Assembly: GCA_963808235.1 (NCBI GenBank)
Contig: CAWEEQ010000004.1
Location: 2,336,001-2,400,000, forward strand
DNA length: 64,000 bases
Source: an uncultured delta proteobacterium
GTDB taxonomy: Bacteria; Desulfobacterota; Binatia; Binatales; Binataceae
Reading direction: 5' to 3'
This document shows, one piece after another, positions 57,867 through 64,000 of this stretch (position 1 is the first letter of the stretch; each line of letters opens with the position of its first letter). The position numbers and the translations under genes were made by a program. A model generated the notes under the pieces. It was not told where the DNA came from and ran no database searches. It was given only the letters and a program-made list of their open reading frames with translations.

Positions 57867-58066
57867 AACTATATAGAGAAAGTCGGCGCCCCCGTAAAGC
57901 TAAATTTTTCGGTCGGCGGCTTCAGTCGTATCGGGCGGAGCGGGACTTCGAGCAGCCAGATCACCGGCGAATGCCTTAGTCGACTATGAGGCGCGTACGC
58001 GGCGAGAGTTCGCAAAGCGTTCAGCCGAAACGACCGACAGTCACGCGGAAGAGGCGGACGAATTAC

Positions 58067-59044
58067 TCAATTGGTGGCTTGGGTCAGGTTGGGCGGGCCG
58101 GGAGGGATCGAAATCACGATCTGCAGGCGCTTCCCGTCGCGCACCACGCTCAGATAGATCATCTCGCCCGGCTGGAGATTGCGGGTGCGATCCTGGAAGT
58201 CGAGAAAGTTTCTCACCCGGGTGCCGTCCACGCCGATAATCAGATCGTAGCTCTGGCCGATAGCGCTGTAGTCGAGTGCGGGGATGAGCAGAATCGCGGG
58301 CGGGAAAAACATCGCCCCGGCAATCGCAACACCGGTAATCATGTCATGCTTGCCGCTGCTGTATGCGTGCAAGCCCACATCGGCGGCAGGGCTGCCCTTC
58401 TTGATCGCGACGATCAACAAGCCGTCGGCTTCCTCGCCGGAGCTTAGCGTGCGATGGTCCTCGCGCAGTTCCAGGCCGATCGGAGTGGAAAGATCGCCAC
58501 CGCTATCGTAGTCGCGAAGGCTCTGAAGCTGCTCGGGCGGCATCCCGCTTTGCTCCTGCTCGTAGGTTGTGATCTCGTTGGGTTCGCCGGAGGACTGCGA
58601 CTCAGCGGAGGTAATGGCGGGCGGATCTACAGGGATCGAACCTGAGACAGGCGGAATCTCGGCCAAACCAGGCACGTCGTGCGCGTCTTGAGACGTTGGC
58701 ACGAGGTTGGATGCGCCGGTGTTCGAGAGCCGATCGTCATTCGCGGGCGTCGTCGCGCCCTTACTCGGAAGTGGATTCGGTTCCGCAACTATCGGGGCGT
58801 CGGCAGACGCGACTCGCGCGTTCGCGCTATTGGAGGCTGCGGGCGTGGGCTTCGCGGCCGGGGAACTGACCGGCGGCGCGGGCGTTGAGGCGAGTGACGC
58901 GGCCTTCCATGCCGCCGACGCTGCGGGCTCGTCGACCGGCTGCGCAAATGCGCGCGCACTCATGATGAGCGCGGTCGCGGCGATTGCCGCGGCAGTCAAG
59001 CAGCTGCGCCGCCTCCTGCTATTTAACGCTCCATCGCTTTTCAT
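58067..59044 (-). CDS. Secreted protein with a low-complexity N-region and a C-terminal PDZ domain
   Basis: Signal peptide (..ARAFA); GLLIVAIKKGSPAA.VGL..DLIIGVDG..V PDZ pattern. Confidence 0.75.
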   Translation of the reverse strand: MKSDGALNSRRRRSCLTAAAIAATALIMSARAFAQPVDEPAASAAWKAASLASTPAPPVSSPAAKPTPAASNSANARVASADAPIVAEPNPLPSKGATTPANDDRLSNTGASNLVPTSQDAHDVPGLAEIPPVSGSIPVDPPAITSAESQSSGEPNEITTYEQEQSGMPPEQLQSLRDYDSGGDLSTPIGLELREDHRTLSSGEEADGLLIVAIKKGSPAADVGLHAYSSGKHDMITGVAIAGAMFFPPAILLIPALDYSAIGQSYDLIIGVDGTRVRNFLDFQDRTRNLQPGEMIYLSVVRDGKRLQIVISIPPGPPNLTQATN

Positions 59045-59891
59045 GCTCCACCACGCGGCTCTCTCGCTCGAGCTTTCGCAGATGCGAGCGGACCGAATTT
59101 GCAGCGGCAGGATGCAGATACTCGGGAACGTCGAGATAGATCTTCTTCACAATCGCCATGGCGTCGAGCGGGCCGTCCGCGAGTGCGGTCAGGATCTGCC
59201 GCTCGCGGAGTTCGCGATGCTCGATATATTCGCGAATCTTCTGCTTGGGATTGCGGATGACCGGTCCGTGCGCCGGATAAATCGTTTCGAGATCGAGTTC
59301 GAGCAAGCGCCTGAGCGAATCCATGTACTGCCCCAGGTCGCCGGTGTCATCGGGGATCACCGTGGTCCCCGCGCCCAGCACCACGTCACCAGTAAATAGC
59401 GCGCGTTCCTCTTCGAGCACATAGCACAAATGATCCGGCGCGTGCCCTGGCGTGAACACCGCGCGCAAGGTGGCGCCTTCGGTCTCGATAACCGCATCGT
59501 GGCCGATAGCGGAAATTGCGCCGGCGGAAGCATCGTGGCCTTCCCACGGCATCTTGGACACTGGCATCTCGCCAAACCGCTCGATGACCTGGCGCACGCC
59601 GCCAAGATGATCAATGTGAGCGTGGGTGAGAACAATCTGCTCGAGTTCGTCGCAGTCTGAGAGTTCCTTTAGTGCCGTCTCGAGCAGGTCCGCGTAGATG
59701 GCGACGCCCTGCCCCGTATCGAGCAGAAGAGGTCGCTTCGAAGTCCCGACGATATATGTGTTGGTGCCCGGCCCGGTGAAAGGACTCGGATTCTGACCAA
59801 GCACGGTGGCGACGCGCGGCGAGACCCGCGAGTAGTCCGGCATCTTGAGTCCGATCATCGAATCGGTGACGACTCGGCCGCGCTCAGCCAT
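59019..59891 (-). CDS. MBL-fold metallo-hydrolase (LACTB2-like)
   Basis: NPSPFTGPGTNTY, THAHIDH, TPGHAPDH, GD, PAHG and a C-terminal winged helix. Confidence 0.88.
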   Translation of the reverse strand: MAERGRVVTDSMIGLKMPDYSRVSPRVATVLGQNPSPFTGPGTNTYIVGTSKRPLLLDTGQGVAIYADLLETALKELSDCDELEQIVLTHAHIDHLGGVRQVIERFGEMPVSKMPWEGHDASAGAISAIGHDAVIETEGATLRAVFTPGHAPDHLCYVLEEERALFTGDVVLGAGTTVIPDDTGDLGQYMDSLRRLLELDLETIYPAHGPVIRNPKQKIREYIEHRELRERQILTALADGPLDAMAIVKKIYLDVPEYLHPAAANSVRSHLRKLERESRVVEHEKRWSVK

Positions 59892-59912
59892 TTACAGTCT
59901 CCCCAAATACCT

Positions 59913-60683
59913 TCAGCGCCGGTTGCGCTCGAAAATCAACCGGAGTCCCTTCAGAGTCAGGAACTCGTCCACTTCTTCTATGGTCTCGCTCTCGGGCGCG
60001 ATCAACTCGGCCAGGCCCCCGGTCGCAATCACGCGGGTCTTCTCACCGCGCTCCTTAAGGATGCGAGTAACGAGTCCGTCGACAAGCGCGGTGTAGCCGA
60101 AAATGAGTCCCGACTGAATCGAACCGACCGTGGTGCGGCCAACCGCTTCGCGGGGGCGGACCAGCTCGACGCGGTAGAGCTTGGCGGCGTGCTCGATCAA
60201 CGCGTTCATCGAGACACCCAGGCCCGGCGCGATTGCGCCGCCCGCGTACTCACCTTTGCCGGTCACGTAGTCGAACGTGGTCGCGGTGCCGAAATCAACG
60301 ACGATGCATGCGCCCGCGAATCGCTCGTAAGCAGCGACTGCGTTGACGATCCGATCGGCGCCGACTTCCTTGGGATTCTCGTAGAGGATCGGCATCCCGG
60401 TTTTAATTCCCGGACCGACCATGAGCGGGGCGCAGTGGAAGTAGCGCTCTGCGAGTTGTTCCATCACCTGGTTGAGGGGCGGTACCACGCAGGCAATCAC
60501 GACACCGTCAGGCCGAAAGCCGGTTTCCAGACCTGCGGCCGCGAGCAGCGTGTTGAGCAGCGCGCCATGCTCGTCGGTGGTGCGATCGACCACGGTCGAG
60601 ATGCGCCAATTGTTGCGCAGGCCCTCGCCCTCGTAAATTCCGATCACGGTATGGCTGTTGCCAACGTCAACCGTTATGAGCAT
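59913..60683 (-). CDS. coaX: Type III pantothenate kinase
   Basis: DVGNS, GADR, VDFGTATT, GGAIAPG, ATGG and LTLKGL motifs. Confidence 0.95.
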   Translation of the reverse strand: MLITVDVGNSHTVIGIYEGEGLRNNWRISTVVDRTTDEHGALLNTLLAAAGLETGFRPDGVVIACVVPPLNQVMEQLAERYFHCAPLMVGPGIKTGMPILYENPKEVGADRIVNAVAAYERFAGACIVVDFGTATTFDYVTGKGEYAGGAIAPGLGVSMNALIEHAAKLYRVELVRPREAVGRTTVGSIQSGLIFGYTALVDGLVTRILKERGEKTRVIATGGLAELIAPESETIEEVDEFLTLKGLRLIFERNRR

Positions 60684-60752
60684 GGCACGAATCTCCGCCC
60701 GACCGCCGCGTTCGGCGAAGTCATGATCGGGCCAAGATAATAGCGCGAGATC

Positions 60753-61406
60753 TCAGTGGAACCGAAACGCGCCGCCAGCCATCGGACTGCCCGCCGGCCG
60801 GGCCATCGTCATCATCCTCGGCGGGGTCATCCAGGGACCGCCGGGATAGAGCGACGGACGCCCCGGAGGAGTAAGCGGGTTGCTCATCGCCATGGGAGGA
60901 AACGGAGATCCCGAGGCAGTTCCATAACTGGGGGCTCTTGCCACCACGGTGCCGTATTGTGTGGTCGCGTACGGGAATCCGTAAGGCGACTGGGTCGCAT
61001 AGTCGTCCGCAGAGCCCCAATCGTCGGAGTTGGCAGGCGCCGCGCTGGCCGTGTCGTCGTCGAAGGTCTGCGGCGATGCGGGCGGAGGTCCGCCGACGGC
61101 GATCGGTTGATCGGCATCGTCACCGTCTGCGTCAGAAGGATTACTGGCGGTGTCGCATGGCACTGCCGTGCCGTCTTTGATGCATGCCGTTTGCGGAATC
61201 TCGAGGACTTCTCCACTGGGGTCCGATCCACTCGTGTCCGCGGAAGAATCGGGATCGACGCGCACCCAGGCGGCGGCATCTGACTCGTCGGCATCCTGGG
61301 CGAACGCGGCGCGTGAGCCAGCGAGAGCTATCAGTGCAAAGAGGGCGAACAATCCGACCGCAGTGGATTTGAGGCGATGCGGCAAAGCGCGGCTCTGACT
61401 CCGCAT
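60753..61406 (-). CDS. Hypothetical secreted acidic/Pro-rich protein
   Basis: Signal peptide ending AAFA, Asp/Ser/Pro-rich body with a Cys pair. Confidence 0.55.
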   Translation of the reverse strand: MRSQSRALPHRLKSTAVGLFALFALIALAGSRAAFAQDADESDAAAWVRVDPDSSADTSGSDPSGEVLEIPQTACIKDGTAVPCDTASNPSDADGDDADQPIAVGGPPPASPQTFDDDTASAAPANSDDWGSADDYATQSPYGFPYATTQYGTVVARAPSYGTASGSPFPPMAMSNPLTPPGRPSLYPGGPWMTPPRMMTMARPAGSPMAGGAFRFH

Positions 61407-61538
61407 AGACCAAACCGAAGTGGCGCCTGAACAACTCATAATGAAGACGCTATCACCGCGAAGGCAGAGTGAGAAGGCAAAATCTTTGCTCGCGAAAACA
61501 GTTTGCACGCTCGCAGCGAGCGGCTAAGATCGCGCCCT

Positions 61539-62279
61539 ATGCCGGAAACAAAAGTTGCATTGGTAACCGGCGCGGGCCGCGGCATCGGCCGTGACATCGC
61601 GCTTCGAATGGCAAAGGAAGGATACGCGGTCGGTCTGATCGCGCGGACCAAGTCCCAACTCGAGGAAACCGCCGAGCTGATTCGCGCCCAGGGCGGCAAG
61701 GCGGTGGTCACTCCGACCGACGTATCGCGGCGCGAGCAAGTAGTCGCGGCGGTCGATACGGTCGAGCGCGAGCTTGGGCCGATCTCGGTGCTGATCAACA
61801 ATGCGGGCGCTTACCTGCGCAAACGCTTCATCGAGATCAGCGAAGAGGACTTCGATTTCCAGCTCAAGGTCAACGCATACGGACCCTTTTTTTGCACTCA
61901 GGCCGTGGTCGGCAAGATGGCGGAGCGCAAGGCAGGCACGGTGATTTTCGTGCTCGGCTCGGAGTCGCGCAGCGGGCCCGCGCAATATTCCGCGTACAAC
62001 GCGTCGAAGCTGGCGCAACGCGCGATCGCGGAGTCGGTCGCCTACGAGTTCATGCATCTCGGAGTGCATGCGGCGGCACTCGACGTTGACGGCGCGGTCG
62101 ACAGTGCGCGAGTGCGGGAGTCGATGCCCGACGTGGACCCATTGCACTTCGTTCCGCCCGCGGCAATCTGCGACGAGATTGTGCATCTGATCAATCAGTC
62201 GAAGAGCGCGTGGACGTTCCAGGTCGATATGCGATCGTACGTGCAATGGCGCCCGCGGATCGCGCCCAAGAAAAAGTAG
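61539..62279 (+). CDS. SDR family oxidoreductase
   Basis: TGAGRGIG, NNAG and YNASK motifs. Confidence 0.88.
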   Translation: MPETKVALVTGAGRGIGRDIALRMAKEGYAVGLIARTKSQLEETAELIRAQGGKAVVTPTDVSRREQVVAAVDTVERELGPISVLINNAGAYLRKRFIEISEEDFDFQLKVNAYGPFFCTQAVVGKMAERKAGTVIFVLGSESRSGPAQYSAYNASKLAQRAIAESVAYEFMHLGVHAAALDVDGAVDSARVRESMPDVDPLHFVPPAAICDEIVHLINQSKSAWTFQVDMRSYVQWRPRIAPKKK

Positions 62280-63251
62280 TCACAAGCAGGGTCGGCCTGC
62301 CGGGGTGATTGCCCGGCGGATCGAAGCTTCGGGAGCGTGGTCGTCAAATGCGATCCCGTTCGCGCGATCCTCGACGCCTAGAGTCTTCCATAGTGCGTTG
62401 AGATCGGGCTCGACGGGCGTGGCCTTCGTCCGCGCGTAGAGTTCCGTCATCACTGGCGCGGCGACGGCGTCGTCGGCGGCTTTGAGAGCGCGCGTGAGCG
62501 GCCACTCGACTTCGATATTTCCGCCCGCGGCGAGAATCCCGCGAAGCGCATCCGCGAGTCCGTGCCGATTGCCGGTGCGGCGTCGAATCTCCACGTCTGC
62601 GAGGAGACAGAACATCGCGCCGCCCCAATAGGTGCGGCCCCAGGTCGGAGTGTTATCGAGTCCCGCGTCGCCCTTCGCGGGCATGCCCTTGGGCAGACCC
62701 GTGACCAGGTCCTGCCAGACTTGCGGCACCGGATAGTTTCCGATCTCGGCACGCGCGATTGGCTCCACATAGGTCGCAATCCCTTCTTCGATCCAATGAT
62801 GATCGCGGGTGACAGACGGGAACGCGAGATGAACCATCTCGTGAGTCATGACCCAATCGCCATCGAGGTCGCTCTTACGCGTGTCGACGCCGAGAATGAT
62901 CCGCGAATGCGCTCCACCGAATCCCCAGGTGGTACCCGAGAGCACGCCACGGCGGTCCGGCGCGGCAAAAATGGCGATTCGATAGCGGCGGACCGGGAAG
63001 CGGCCGTAGTAGGCTGAAACCGCACAAGCGGAGCGCTTAATCCATGCGAGGATCGCGTCGCGCGGGAGCTTGTAGTCCGCGGGCGCGAAAAGGACATCTA
63101 TTTCGGCGCCCGCTACTTCGAGCTTCGCGGTCTCCGGCGAGTGTTCCGCGGCAAAGGCGCGCAATGGGAGAAACTCGGCCGCGCGCATCGCCGCTATTGC
63201 GGCAATGACGACGATAACGATTGCGATTCTTGGCACGCGTATCATCAGCAT
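62280..63251 (-). CDS. Secreted gluzincin-like (M61/M1-related) metalloprotease-domain protein
   Basis: Signal or anchor sequence, THEMVH (HExxH), WIEEGIATY and TYWGG motifs. Confidence 0.65.
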   Translation of the reverse strand: MLMIRVPRIAIVIVVIAAIAAMRAAEFLPLRAFAAEHSPETAKLEVAGAEIDVLFAPADYKLPRDAILAWIKRSACAVSAYYGRFPVRRYRIAIFAAPDRRGVLSGTTWGFGGAHSRIILGVDTRKSDLDGDWVMTHEMVHLAFPSVTRDHHWIEEGIATYVEPIARAEIGNYPVPQVWQDLVTGLPKGMPAKGDAGLDNTPTWGRTYWGGAMFCLLADVEIRRRTGNRHGLADALRGILAAGGNIEVEWPLTRALKAADDAVAAPVMTELYARTKATPVEPDLNALWKTLGVEDRANGIAFDDHAPEASIRRAITPAGRPCL

Positions 63252-63368
63252 TAGCGACTCAGCCTCTACTCATGCGCATGCGGGTGTGGTCTTGCCAAGA
63301 GCGAAAATATATTGTGGCGGCCTGAGCTTGCGCGGCGTGTGATTGCGGCGCGCACGAGGTTCAAGGGT

Positions 63369-63445
63369 CGGGGTGTGGCGCAGCCTGGTAGCGCACACGC
63401 TTGGGGTGCGTGTGGTCGCCGGTTCAAATCCGGCCACCCCGACCA
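63369..63445 (+). tRNA. tRNA-Pro (anticodon GGG)
   Basis: CGGGGTG/CACCCCG acceptor stem, D-arm, anticodon arm CACGC-TTGGGGT-GCGTG, GGTTCAAATCC T-loop, encoded CCA. Confidence 0.97.
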
Positions 63446-63640
63446 AATTAAGTCGTCTTCGGGGGTCAAGCTTTCGCTAGTCGAGGCAAGGGAATTCCAC
63501 GACGTACACTTCGACGTTGTCCACGCCGGAAATCGTCACTTCCTTGTCGCGGTGCGGTAAGGCTCACTTGGGGAGAACGGATGGAAAGACTCAATTCCCC
63601 GGATACCTTCAGGGTTGAGGGGAAATCGGACAGGAGTGCG

Positions 63641-64000
63641 ATGCATATCGCGCTTCTGGCCCTCGCGCTCACAGTTCTGGTCAGGACCGCGTGGATGTCT
63701 GATGATGCCGAGATCACACTCCGATGCGTAATGAACTTTCTGCACGGCTACGGACCGACCTTCAATGCCGACGAAAGGGTCCAGCCTTTTACGCATCCGC
63801 TGTGGTTCATGCTCATCACTGCGGCCACTCCGATCTTCAGAAATATCTTTGCCGCCACCTTTACGGTCTCGATTCTCCTGTCTTTAGGCACTTGGTGGCT
63901 TCTTCTCTCGCGGATAGCGACTAACTTCTGGTCCGGGATGCTCGCCGGCGTCGCTCTTCTGCTGTCCAAGGCATACGTCGATTTTTCTACCTCCGGTCTG
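63641..64000 (+). CDS. GT-C-like membrane glycosyltransferase (AftB-like), truncated by the window end; absent from the ORF track
   Basis: AGGAG site; MHIALL..AWMSDDAEITLR..N...GYGP.FN..ERVQ.FTHPLW..STSGL. Confidence 0.7.
   Translation, partial: MHIALLALALTVLVRTAWMSDDAEITLRCVMNFLHGYGPTFNADERVQPFTHPLWFMLITAATPIFRNIFAATFTVSILLSLGTWWLLLSRIATNFWSGMLAGVALLLSKAYVDFSTSGL

Noticed and set aside
57656-57868. 70-aa leader peptide upstream of panB
   Set aside because: It has a TTG start without a clear ribosome-binding site and simply reads through the RNA hairpins and terminator, with no informative codon run.
63266-63560. ORFs overlapping the tRNA
   Set aside because: They are translations of the tRNA-Pro sequence on either strand.

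Overview
High-GC bacterial chromosomal window from a diderm organism (it encodes BamD). Gene content and style suggest a Binatota- or Deltaproteobacteria-like soil lineage, but this is inference only. At least nine genes carry single-base frameshifts that look like uncorrected long-read indels, so several ORF-track fragments are rejoined here. Main content in order: (1) a four-gene hydroxyphenylacetate-type meta-cleavage operon followed by a VapBC module; (2) housekeeping and metabolic genes (trmB, an extended bamD, M20 peptidase, malQ, haloalkane dehalogenase, aminopeptidase N); (3) hopanoid C-3 methylase hpnR; (4) a UGA-recoded WAxxUGC selenoprotein with a bacterial SECIS-like hairpin, missed by the ORF track; (5) a large hopanoid operon (TetR, hpnH, ispA, Zn-dehydrogenase, shc, dxr, hpnCDE, hpnA, CruF-like, SDR) plus hpnG and hpnK, with non-canonical tailoring enzymes; (6) a divergent cluster (HAD, NTP-transferase, ATP-grasp, class III aminotransferase, HAD-IIIA, LLM oxidoreductase on one strand; CDP-alcohol phosphotransferase and B12 radical SAM on the other) that looks like an uncharacterised (amino)cyclitol-phosphate lipid or solute pathway; (7) a 480-bp non-autonomous IS1-like cassette with terminal inverted repeats, a target-site duplication and a passenger gene, inserted in an orphan antitoxin; (8) panB/panC under a pan-like leader RNA with a terminator, coaX, tRNA-Pro(GGG), and a GT-C-like gene cut by the window end. 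The best candidates for an undescribed system are the cyclitol-phosphate cluster (6) and the extra enzymes in the hopanoid operon (5).
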